From an uncultured virus (IMG/VR IMGVR_UViG_3300017761_002881) (Duplodnaviria; Heunggongvirae; Uroviricota; Caudoviricetes): a DNA stretch of 64,000 bases. Both the position numbers and the translations under genes were made by a program. Of the stretch, positions 20,809-29,627 are shown piece after piece; positions within the stretch are counted from its first letter, which is position 1, and each line of letters starts with the position of its first letter. Below the pieces are notes generated by a model. That model was not told where the DNA came from. It made no database searches and saw only the letters and a program-made list of their open reading frames with translations. The stretch lies in IMG/VR virus record IMGVR_UViG_3300017761_002881; one strand, written 5' to 3'.

Positions 20809-20854
20809 ATTTAATATAAATATGCTTCTACATTTAATATAAATATGCTTCTAC
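20809..20854. repeat. Perfect 23-bp tandem duplication containing the TATTTATA motif
   Basis: atttaatataaatatgcttctac at 20809-20831 and 20832-20854. Confidence 0.9.
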
Positions 20855-21258
20855 GTCAACACAACTACTTTTTTGTTAAGACGTTTTGCTGCATTTATAG
20901 CACTTTCACTGCCTTTAGCGTCAACTCCTTTAGGTATCAATGCTATCATAACATCACAATCTCGCGCTATCAATAAATTTCTATGATGAAATTGAGATAC
21001 GTGATAAGGCTTATTATAATAAGTATCTGACATGGCACTATGTAAATTTCTAGGAGTATGCGCTGGATTAAATTCTCTATAATTAATTCCAAATTCTAAT
21101 GCATACTTCTTAGCATATTTGTCAGCGCCTTCCGGACATCCTCCCGAAATGATTACTAATTCATCGCCATGTAGTTTTTTTAGGTCCGTTAATAAATCTT
21201 TTATTTTACGTACGTTTTCGTACTCTCTCGAACCGATAATCGCACATTTCATTCTCAT
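20851..21258 (-). CDS. SLOG-superfamily (YspA/DprA-like) protein
   Basis: AIIGSR, IISGGCPEGADKYA, RNLLIARDCD, KGS..AI..A. Confidence 0.78.
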   Translation of the reverse strand: MRMKCAIIGSREYENVRKIKDLLTDLKKLHGDELVIISGGCPEGADKYAKKYALEFGINYREFNPAHTPRNLHSAMSDTYYNKPYHVSQFHHRNLLIARDCDVMIALIPKGVDAKGSESAINAAKRLNKKVVVLT

Positions 21259-22193
21259 TAGATTTTAATTCTATTTTTTAATGGGCATAATTCATCATCT
21301 TCAGCAAAGTCACAATACTTGCAATTTTTATAATTCTTACCAGCAATGGCAGGATATTCTCGTATAGTATTGTATTGACCTTCATCGTTAAAACTAGAAC
21401 CTACAAAATTTGAAATTTCATTTATCAACTTATTTCTAGTAGGCTTACCGCTCGCCGGCTTAAATTCTTGTACACGTTTTTGAGGAAACATTGCACCATC
21501 AATCAACTTACGTTTAACTATAAAATAAACTATATCGATATGTTCTACATCTACTCCAAACTGTTCTGCATAATATTGTTTATACAATACCAATTGCGAA
21601 GCTTTTATCTTATCTGCCTTTTGATACTTGTTCCATCCCATTGTACTAGTCTTGATATCAATAATCTTGATACGACCCGTACGCTTATCTCGCATAACGA
21701 CATCTAAGTATCCCATCATATAAACATTAGCATGCTTAGATGATACTGGATGATAGATAGGGACTTCTATCCCAACCAACTCTTCATTCTTAGCGGAAAA
21801 ATATTTACCTCTATTCTTACGAATATAATCCAATATTGCAATGCCATCTTCATAAAATTCGTTAAGTTCAGCCTTATGAGAAAAATGTTTACCCATTTGC
21901 TCATAAGCGTCCTTGTAGCCCGTTGATAGTTTTTCTTTAAGAATAGCACGTACATCTAACCCATCCGCCTTCTTAACTGATTCTGTATACATCGTTGTAA
22001 GATATAATTGCAATGTTTCGTGTAATGCCGTACCGAACAATGTATGTATACTTTGAGAAAAAGTACGAAGTCCTTTTATATATGCTAACTCCCATTGCTT
22101 AGGGCATGTCGCATACATTGAGAATTGAGAATAAGATATTTTACGTTCACCCTCTTTAGGCTCTCGTATAGCATACTTAATAAATTTATCCAT
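21258..22193 (-). CDS. PD-(D/E)XK RecB/Cas4-like exonuclease
   Basis: ISYSQ..Y..CP, FGTALHE, GYLD, IIDIKTS, QL.LY, C-terminal CKYC....CP. Confidence 0.85.
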   Translation of the reverse strand: MDKFIKYAIREPKEGERKISYSQFSMYATCPKQWELAYIKGLRTFSQSIHTLFGTALHETLQLYLTTMYTESVKKADGLDVRAILKEKLSTGYKDAYEQMGKHFSHKAELNEFYEDGIAILDYIRKNRGKYFSAKNEELVGIEVPIYHPVSSKHANVYMMGYLDVVMRDKRTGRIKIIDIKTSTMGWNKYQKADKIKASQLVLYKQYYAEQFGVDVEHIDIVYFIVKRKLIDGAMFPQKRVQEFKPASGKPTRNKLINEISNFVGSSFNDEGQYNTIREYPAIAGKNYKNCKYCDFAEDDELCPLKNRIKI

Positions 22194-22227
22194 ACTTTAA
22201 TATAAGTGCTACATCTCAAAGATCCAA
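22194..22227 (-). promoter_or_regulatory. Sigma70-like promoter TTGGAT-N17-TATATT, then AAAGT-ATG (probably leaderless)
   Basis: One of six matching copies with an exact 17-nt spacer. Confidence 0.7.
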
Positions 22228-22229
22228 AT

Positions 22230-22454
22230 TTATTTTGATAAATGTTCAATGCGCCTGTTTAAATACCAAGCAGCCTTTTTGAGATCTTCTAGTTCGGTGT
22301 CAGAATCTTTCTTACCTGCTCTAGATATATACTTAACTACATTACCTAGACAAAACTCTAAATCCCAAGCTTCGATAACTTTTATAGCTTCATATATACT
22401 ATCAGCGCCGCCGTAATGTTTAGGATGATTAACTGATTCTCTAATTATGCTCAT
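22230..22454 (-). CDS. DUF3310 family protein (T7 gp1.7-like nucleotide kinase family)
   Basis: VNHPKHY, FCLGNVVKYISRAGKK, EDLKKAAWYL. Confidence 0.85.
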   Translation of the reverse strand: MSIIRESVNHPKHYGGADSIYEAIKVIEAWDLEFCLGNVVKYISRAGKKDSDTELEDLKKAAWYLNRRIEHLSK

Positions 22455-22894
22455 TTCATTAAACTTTTTATTTCTTTATCAGTTTTACCATACTTACGTA
22501 ATATGTCTACAACTGATTCTTTATCTATATCTAACATCATAGCTACATACTCAGTAGCTTCTCGAATCGAGACTTGATAATGTTTAGCTATGAATTCTAA
22601 GAGTTCTTTGTTGTACTTGTCAGAATCTTTACCTTTAATGTATTTGTTATACATTTTACGTTTAGGTAATAGTTCTTGATATAACTGATAAACATGTTTA
22701 CGATCTAACTCTCCTATTGTATACTGTTGAAACATATCAACAATCTCAATCAAATCCATATTCATACTTAACCAACGATTAATCAGATATGGACTAAAAG
22801 ACTTTTGATCTGCCTCCGACAACTTATCCCACGGAGTTTTTTTCTCCGTTATATGGGATAAGTGATCGAATATGGTAGCTACTTTAGTACTCAT
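22451..22894 (-). CDS. Clamp loader small subunit (T4 gp62-like)
   Basis: FSPYLINRWLSM, K.YIKGK, YQVSIREA.EY; near the gp44-like gene. Confidence 0.72.
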   Translation of the reverse strand: MSTKVATIFDHLSHITEKKTPWDKLSEADQKSFSPYLINRWLSMNMDLIEIVDMFQQYTIGELDRKHVYQLYQELLPKRKMYNKYIKGKDSDKYNKELLEFIAKHYQVSIREATEYVAMMLDIDKESVVDILRKYGKTDKEIKSLMK

Positions 22895-23130
22895 AGAGGC
22901 ATAAATTCTTCGTTAATATGACCACAGTCATCACAACGAAATGTCGGAATAGGCACAATTTCTTCTTTACCTGATTGCGATAGCAATTGCGGAATTCGTT
23001 TAAAGGCATGTACTTGCCTAAAAAATCTTCCAGCACAGTTTTCACATTCAATGTTAGCTAAATCTTCTGCACGCAATTTGGCTTGGCCTGATGCATTAGG
23101 ATTCATTTTAACGATGTCTTTCTTAGCCAT
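22891..23130 (-). CDS. Small zinc-ribbon protein
   Basis: CENC and CDDCGH pairs. Confidence 0.7.
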   Translation of the reverse strand: MAKKDIVKMNPNASGQAKLRAEDLANIECENCAGRFFRQVHAFKRIPQLLSQSGKEEIVPIPTFRCDDCGHINEEFMPL

Positions 23131-23152
23131 AATATAGTTCCTTTAATTTAAA

Positions 23153-24769
23153 TTACATATCATATTGTGGCATTGATGGCTTCTTTTCTTCGGGAATGTT
23201 AATAACAGCACATTCCGTCATTAATACCATCGATGCTACTGAAGCAGCATGTTGCAGTGCTACACGTGTTACTTTAGTCGGATCAATAACTCCCGAGTCG
23301 AGCAAATTTTCAAATTGTTCTGTACGAGCATTATATCCATATCCAATATCCGAATTATTTTTAATATCTCGAATAATTACTGAACCATCAATACCTGCAT
23401 TATAACAAATTTGACGTAATGGTTCTTCCGTACATTTTTTAATAATTTGAATGCCGATAGACTCATCTTCATTAGCTCCAACTAACGATTCTAATACATG
23501 AGCAGCACGAATCAATGCCACACCTCCTCCAGGTACAATACCTTCCTCAACTGCTGCCCTTGTAGCACTAAGTGCATCATCTACACGATCTTTCTTCTCT
23601 TTCATTTCGACTTCAGTAGCTGCTCCGATGTACAATACTGCAACACCGCCTACCATCTTAGCCAATCGTTCTTGAAGCTTCTCACGCTCATAATCTGAAG
23701 TACTAGCATCGATTTGATTCTTAATAGTTTCAATACGTGCATTGATATCTTCACTAGCGCCGTATCCATTAACAATCGTTGTAGTATCTTTTGCTACAAT
23801 GATCTTTTCAGCGATACCTAAATCATCAATAGTAACCTCTTCTAATGTACGTCCCAATTCTTCCGAAATAAGAGTACCACCAGTTAAGATTGCAATATCT
23901 TCCAACATTTGCTTACGTTTTTCTCCGAAGCCCGGAGCTTTCACTGCAACCACTTTTAGTCCAGCACGAACACGATTAAGTACTAATGTACCTAATACAT
24001 CACCATCCACATCTTCAGCTATAATAACTAACGGCTTACCGGTCTGTACTACCTTTTCCAGAATCGGCAAGAATTGTTTTACATGGCTGATTTTCTTATC
24101 AAAGATTAGAATATACGGTGTTTCATAACTGGCTTCCATCTTAGCATTATCCGTAACAAAATAGGGCGAAATATAGCCTCGATCGAACTGCATACCTTCT
24201 ACAGTTTTTAATTCCGTATCGATGCCTTTCGCTTCTTCGACAGTGATAACACCTTCAATGCCAACCTGTTGCATAGCATCTGCAATCAATGTTCCAATAG
24301 TATCATCATTGTTAGCTGAAATAGAAGCTACCTGGCGAATCTTTTCATAGTCATTTCCAATCTTCGTTGAAATGTTATCTAGCTCAGATACTACTACTTG
24401 CACTGCCTTATCCATACCACGTTTAAGATCGATTGGATTAGCTCCTGCTGTTACATTTTTGATACCCAATGTCATAATAGACTGGGCTAATACTGTTGCG
24501 GTTGTCGTACCATCTCCAGCAATATCTGCTGTTTTACTAGCAACTTCCTTTACTAGTTGTGCCCCAATATTTTCGATAGGATCTTTTAGCTCAATCTCCT
24601 TAGCTACAGATACGCCATCCTTAGTTACAATAGGAGACGCGCCTGGCTTGTCGATCACTACGTTACGACCCTTAGGACCTAATGTTACTTTTACTGCATC
24701 CGCTAGCGTGTCAATACCACGCTTTAAGCCATCACGGCTCTGAGAATTGAAATAGACTTGTTTTGCCAT
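23153..24769 (-). CDS. groEL: Chaperonin GroEL
   Basis: [51 protein letters not shown]; lacks the GGM tail. Confidence 0.97.
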   Translation of the reverse strand: MAKQVYFNSQSRDGLKRGIDTLADAVKVTLGPKGRNVVIDKPGASPIVTKDGVSVAKEIELKDPIENIGAQLVKEVASKTADIAGDGTTTATVLAQSIMTLGIKNVTAGANPIDLKRGMDKAVQVVVSELDNISTKIGNDYEKIRQVASISANNDDTIGTLIADAMQQVGIEGVITVEEAKGIDTELKTVEGMQFDRGYISPYFVTDNAKMEASYETPYILIFDKKISHVKQFLPILEKVVQTGKPLVIIAEDVDGDVLGTLVLNRVRAGLKVVAVKAPGFGEKRKQMLEDIAILTGGTLISEELGRTLEEVTIDDLGIAEKIIVAKDTTTIVNGYGASEDINARIETIKNQIDASTSDYEREKLQERLAKMVGGVAVLYIGAATEVEMKEKKDRVDDALSATRAAVEEGIVPGGGVALIRAAHVLESLVGANEDESIGIQIIKKCTEEPLRQICYNAGIDGSVIIRDIKNNSDIGYGYNARTEQFENLLDSGVIDPTKVTRVALQHAASVASMVLMTECAVINIPEEKKPSMPQYDM

Positions 24770-24780
24770 AACCTTTTTAT

Positions 24781-25710
24781 TTATTTTAACTCATTAATTA
24801 ACTTAACCATCATTGACATTACGTGTAACTCTTTATCAATAGCAAAGGAGTCTTGATACTGCGCTTCTGCTAAAATCAGAATCACACTAGCAATATGGCC
24901 TTTAGCATAATTATCTACCTCATCAAATAAAAACTTATACAATGCTGTAAAATCTCTAACTTTGCTATCTGCAATTACTTGACGAATGTCTTTAAACGAA
25001 TCTTTTTTATCTACACTACCTGATAAGATTTCTATAACCTTAGTCATATAATTAGCTTGTATCAAACTAGCACTATCGATTTTTAATACATTATCGATTA
25101 CTTGCCGTTGGCATGAATTTAGTATTCTACGTATATCCGGATATCCAGAATTAACTACGGTTACTAAATCTTTTTTATCGAATTGTATATTCGATTCCGT
25201 TAAAATAGATACAATACGTTTAGCTACCTCAGCTTTACTAGGCGGTTCAATTGCAAACGTCTGACATCTACTTTGTATCGGATCGATAATCTTTTCTACA
25301 TAGTTACATGTAAGAATAAATCTAGTAGTCCTACTAAACGTTTCCATAAGGTTACGTAATGCAGCTTGACCATTCGGCGTCATGTAATCTGCCTCATCCA
25401 ATATACAAATTTTCCATTTACGAAATCCTACCGTACTAGCAAAGTTTTTAATCTTTGTACGTACTGTTTCAATATTGTTTTCGTCGGATGCATTAATATA
25501 CATTACATCTGCATCTACATTGTTAGCAATAATCTTAGCCAATGTAGTCTTACCTGTACCAGCACCTCCGTAAAACAATAAATGAGGCACATCGCCATTT
25601 TCTAGATATAGTTTTACTTTTTCGATGATATGTTCATTACCTACATAACCATCTAATGTTGCCGGGCGAAACTTCTCAACCCAAAGTGTATTTTCTTGTG
25701 TATTAAACAT
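24781..25710 (-). CDS. Clamp loader AAA+ ATPase subunit (T4 gp44/RFC-like)
   Basis: [34 protein letters not shown]. Confidence 0.93.
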   Translation of the reverse strand: MFNTQENTLWVEKFRPATLDGYVGNEHIIEKVKLYLENGDVPHLLFYGGAGTGKTTLAKIIANNVDADVMYINASDENNIETVRTKIKNFASTVGFRKWKICILDEADYMTPNGQAALRNLMETFSRTTRFILTCNYVEKIIDPIQSRCQTFAIEPPSKAEVAKRIVSILTESNIQFDKKDLVTVVNSGYPDIRRILNSCQRQVIDNVLKIDSASLIQANYMTKVIEILSGSVDKKDSFKDIRQVIADSKVRDFTALYKFLFDEVDNYAKGHIASVILILAEAQYQDSFAIDKELHVMSMMVKLINELK

Positions 25711-25719
25711 AACTTATTT

Positions 25720-26157
25720 TTATTTACCTGAACTACCAAATCCGCCATTGCCTCTTTCTGTATCAGACAATTCCGTTACTTCTTCCATATCAACTTTAGG
25801 ATATGGCAGTATAATTAATTGTCCTACACGATCACCTTCTTCAAATCTTCGTACTGAAGCAAAAAAGGTATTCTTAGGCATACGATACTTAAATACAATC
25901 TCACCACGATATCCAGAATCAATTACACCTACACAATTAGATAATGACAATTCCGTTTTATATACAGAACTACGTGGGAATAACAATCCCACATAGCCTT
26001 CTGGTATTTCAATAGCTAATCCGGTATGATAGTTAATTGTATCATTCTTCGGATCTGTCAAATATGTAATAGCCGTTATATCTAATCCAGCATCTCCTGG
26101 CTTTGCATAACTAGGAGTCGTAGCTTTTTCTGATAACTTTTTAAAACGTACTTTCAT
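25720..26157 (-). CDS. dut: Trimeric dUTPase
   Basis: DAGLD, PRSS, GVIDSGYRGE, RVGQL, RGNGGFGSSG. Confidence 0.96.
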   Translation of the reverse strand: MKVRFKKLSEKATTPSYAKPGDAGLDITAITYLTDPKNDTINYHTGLAIEIPEGYVGLLFPRSSVYKTELSLSNCVGVIDSGYRGEIVFKYRMPKNTFFASVRRFEEGDRVGQLIILPYPKVDMEEVTELSDTERGNGGFGSSGK

Positions 26158-26158
26158 A

Positions 26159-26881
26159 TTAAGCTGTTTGTAATTGAACTAAATAATATGTTGCTGTATA
26201 TGTCTGGGATGAAAATGATACTCGAGCTAAACCTGCTGCCGATACTTCCAATTTACCTGTATCTGCATCTCGGTTAGCTTGCAAAATCTCTTTAAACAAG
26301 TTACTAGAGAAACATACAGTATTCATATCTTTACATCCGTTTGCATCACACTGAATATCAAATTTAATACGATTAGTATTAATAGATGAATAGTTCATAA
26401 TAAATTGCACTTTACCATCTTTACAATCTACTCCGAAGTTTTCTGATTCAGGCAATGCATTTTTTGCTTTGATGAAGCGATTAACAAAATCCTTATCAAT
26501 TGCAATCTCTGCATTCCAATCCGGCAATTGTTTTAATTCAGGCACTTGACGAATAACTGACATATCAGCTAACATAAATGTCATATCAACATCCTTATCT
26601 GAAATGTTAATATTAACTGCTGCTCCATTAGTTTCATTAACAACTACGTCTAAATCTTCAGCCACTGCCGTTAACATTTTTACTAGTTGAGGTGTAGCAT
26701 ATACGCCTAATTCATTTTCACCTAAATCAATATTATTGGCAGATATAGAACCAATTACATTCTGGTCATCTGTAATAAATTTAGTTTCGGTTGTACCTGA
26801 CTTACCGTTCCACTTCACTGAAGTAGTCGCACCCGCTAAATGATAACGACTAATAAAATTTAAAAGATCTGTTTTTTTCAT
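26159..26881 (-). CDS. DNA polymerase sliding clamp (T4 gp45-like)
   Basis: Probable start MKKTDLL at 26881; ~240 aa; C-terminal GLARVSF...ATYYLV pattern; near the clamp loader. Confidence 0.7.
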   Translation of the reverse strand: MKKTDLLNFISRYHLAGATTSVKWNGKSGTTETKFITDDQNVIGSISANNIDLGENELGVYATPQLVKMLTAVAEDLDVVVNETNGAAVNINISDKDVDMTFMLADMSVIRQVPELKQLPDWNAEIAIDKDFVNRFIKAKNALPESENFGVDCKDGKVQFIMNYSSINTNRIKFDIQCDANGCKDMNTVCFSSNLFKEILQANRDADTGKLEVSAAGLARVSFSSQTYTATYYLVQLQTA

Positions 26882-26882
26882 A

Positions 26883-28076
26883 TTATACTGTTTCAAAGAA
26901 TTTATTAAATGTATTTTCATTTGTCGATGTTACATGCGTACCACCGTAGTTCATATAGTAATGACGATATTTTTCATAGATAAACATTGCAGCATCCGGA
27001 TCTTCAAACATCTCATTCATACTCTTAAGTATTTGATAGAAGTCAGATGGTACAATTGTTTCTAATAACTCTAAATGTGCATCACATAGTTCATTGACCA
27101 TATCAATAGTCTTGTTAAATGCAAATACATTATTCAAAACCATCTTCAATGTACACTCACCGTCATATTTAGCAACTTCACCAAACGTCATATTAATAGG
27201 ATGACCAAATGGATTAGGAACTTTATCATCAGCACGATATGGAAGATTATCACCTTTCGGGAAATACAAATGACTAAACGTCATTTTACTCAATTGAGGT
27301 GAATGCAAATACGTTCCATATACTGGATATTGACCTGGTGAAGAACTATCCGTCGATACTTGTATTCGACTATCGAAATGCTTATTAAAGTTGTTTTGTA
27401 AAGTACTTAACAAATAAAAATCACTAATCTTAGAAATACCTAACAAGTGAATATATCCATTACGTTCCTTTTCAAACTCTCGATTCTTTAACATTACTGC
27501 TAATGCATAAAAGAAATCTACAAGCTTCTGCGGACCACCTACACACCAACCACCAAAGTCAAAATCTTTAACTTGATTATACCAATGCGAATACTGATGC
27601 GTATTAGATCCTTGCAGTACATTTAGAAATGTACATTTACCGGATTGATGTTTTTCAAACCATTTAAAATTTTCCAAACTAATCTCAAGCGAATCTTCAA
27701 AACGATTAGCATAAGTAGTACGAGGCGGAATATCTAAATTAGCTGCAATATCAGCATTATGTTCAAGCCAATGAAAAATTGTTTCACGGATTTCTGGACT
27801 CCACTTTAGGGCTCCACGCGCTAACTGGTAACCACCCGAGTCACCAAACACAAAAGCTTTTTCTAACCCAAAATCTTTTCGGGTCTCAGGCTTTTTATAA
27901 TAGTGTCCTGCTGTTACTAGAAAATACGGATGCCTCCATTCTTCCGGAAATTCTTCTGCATAGAATCTGGATGTTAAGCCTGGCTGAACATCTTTATTCT
28001 TTTTAAATGCATCTGCTGATCCTCCGGCCGATAAAGACGGAAAATATATAAATCTTTTTGGTTTACTTTCTGCCAT
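26883..28076 (-). CDS. dpdA: TGT-fold base-exchange enzyme, DpdA-like (7-deazaguanine insertion into DNA)
   Basis: FGDSGGYQ catalytic motif, NLDIPP, VLQG, IHLLGIS, STDSSS; folE/queD/queE nearby. Confidence 0.82.
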   Translation of the reverse strand: MAESKPKRFIYFPSLSAGGSADAFKKNKDVQPGLTSRFYAEEFPEEWRHPYFLVTAGHYYKKPETRKDFGLEKAFVFGDSGGYQLARGALKWSPEIRETIFHWLEHNADIAANLDIPPRTTYANRFEDSLEISLENFKWFEKHQSGKCTFLNVLQGSNTHQYSHWYNQVKDFDFGGWCVGGPQKLVDFFYALAVMLKNREFEKERNGYIHLLGISKISDFYLLSTLQNNFNKHFDSRIQVSTDSSSPGQYPVYGTYLHSPQLSKMTFSHLYFPKGDNLPYRADDKVPNPFGHPINMTFGEVAKYDGECTLKMVLNNVFAFNKTIDMVNELCDAHLELLETIVPSDFYQILKSMNEMFEDPDAAMFIYEKYRHYYMNYGGTHVTSTNENTFNKFFETV

Positions 28077-29139
28077 CAAACATTACCTTTAATAAATTAT
28101 CACAACTAAAATATTCTTTTGTTAATTTTACTTTTAATGCATTCATTTGATTCATAAATGCATATTGGCCATTTTTATCATAACAATTTATATGATATCG
28201 AATAGCTTGTATCAACATCTCACGATGCTCTTTATAACTTTCCATTGACAATGTCCAATCACTTGGATATATAAATGGAGCCGTATACATTTCTGAATAA
28301 CTTAAACGATCCGGTACCATTGGCACTGCATTCGCTAAAGCTGCTTCATAACATGAAATACCTAATGTCTCTTGTAGGTTAGCTGAAAAAACTATTTTAG
28401 CTTTACCTAACATTTCATGATATGCGTCTTTAGATAACTTTTGATCTTGACATATCACAAATTCATACTCAGGCAATTCTTTAGCTAACTCTCTAAATAT
28501 TTCCAATTGCTTCTCAGTAGCAATTCTATGAGGAAACAATATAATATTTTCTTTCTTATCAGGCTTTATAGTAGCTTGTAAATACTCCATAGGCCATCCC
28601 GTACGATAACAATTAATTGCATCATATCCATATGTATCTCTAAACAACTTGATATGGTATTCTGATGCAAACCAATTGTAATCAATAGCCTGAGCTAATG
28701 ATAATTCAAACGACTTTACCCACTCATCTTTAATTAATCTACCTAAGAAGTCATTCTTATCATAATTACCAGCATGCCATAGAGCATGTATCTTAATAGG
28801 AATACCTAACAATTGACTCATATACTTGAGTTGAATTATGGTAGGATTCCAAGCATCTGTATACAAAAAGATATCGCCTGCCTTAACTTCTCCGTTCGTA
28901 AAAGCTCTAGCTATCTTATTCATTTGAGAACTTTTGTATACATTGGTACCGCCAAAGTTCAAAAATGCTCCGGGCGTAGTTGCATCCGGAATATCTGTAT
29001 CGCCTTCTACAACTTCAACTTGAAACTTAAGATTGTTATCATTGATATGACTATCAATGACTGCCGGTATCCAAGTCTTCCATTGACCAGTATATCTAGT
29101 ATCAACAGCTTCTAAATCTACAATCCAAATCTTATTCAT
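28063..29139 (-). CDS. GT-B (GT4-like) glycosyltransferase translationally coupled to the dpdA-like gene
   Basis: LFPHRIATEKQ, QETLGISCYEA...PMVPDRLSYSE; overlaps the dpdA start by 14 nt. Confidence 0.82.
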   Translation of the reverse strand: MNKIWIVDLEAVDTRYTGQWKTWIPAVIDSHINDNNLKFQVEVVEGDTDIPDATTPGAFLNFGGTNVYKSSQMNKIARAFTNGEVKAGDIFLYTDAWNPTIIQLKYMSQLLGIPIKIHALWHAGNYDKNDFLGRLIKDEWVKSFELSLAQAIDYNWFASEYHIKLFRDTYGYDAINCYRTGWPMEYLQATIKPDKKENIILFPHRIATEKQLEIFRELAKELPEYEFVICQDQKLSKDAYHEMLGKAKIVFSANLQETLGISCYEAALANAVPMVPDRLSYSEMYTAPFIYPSDWTLSMESYKEHREMLIQAIRYHINCYDKNGQYAFMNQMNALKVKLTKEYFSCDNLLKVMFDGRK

Positions 29140-29581
29140 ATATTTGATCGAACTTATAATCGTCAGGTGCTACTCGTTGCATATTGTATACTGTAGTACA
29201 ATATAATGAATAGTCATCATAGACTAATTTAATACTATCTGTTTTCTTTAACATTCCAGCTTCCGGACTAGATATCATAAGCATGATATGACAATGTATA
29301 CGTAACATTGGTGGTATATCATATATCATTTCTGGAGTAGCTTCAATTGAAATAAAAGTCTTTTGATCAATCAAATTAAATAACTTATTCCAATTCATTT
29401 CAGAATGTTCATCAGAAATTAATTGTTCGGTAGCCAGAGAACAAACATATATATGAGCAGGCATATCTTCAAATACACCATCTTCATATGCAGCATAGAT
29501 ATCTGCTATAAACAAAGTTTCTACATCTGTAAATCGGCCTTCAACCTCTTTACCGAACCAATACTTTTTAAATCCTATCAT
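29132..29581 (-). CDS. Hypothetical protein, first gene of the GT-dpdA unit
   Basis: 149-aa ORF (YWFGKEVEGRFTDVETLFI); overlaps the GT start; promoter directly upstream. Confidence 0.75.
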   Translation of the reverse strand: MIGFKKYWFGKEVEGRFTDVETLFIADIYAAYEDGVFEDMPAHIYVCSLATEQLISDEHSEMNWNKLFNLIDQKTFISIEATPEMIYDIPPMLRIHCHIMLMISSPEAGMLKKTDSIKLVYDDYSLYCTTVYNMQRVAPDDYKFDQIYE

Positions 29582-29593
29582 AACTTATTATTT

Positions 29594-29627
29594 ACTTTAA
29601 TATAAGTACATTCTTTTAAAAATCCTA
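29594..29627 (-). promoter_or_regulatory. Sigma70-like promoter TAGGAT-N17-TATATT-AAAGT
   Basis: Same motif family as 22194..22227. Confidence 0.7.

Noticed and set aside
21258..22193. Cas4-like gene as evidence of a CRISPR-Cas system
   Set aside because: No repeat-spacer array or other cas genes; stand-alone Cas4/RecB-like nucleases are common in phages.
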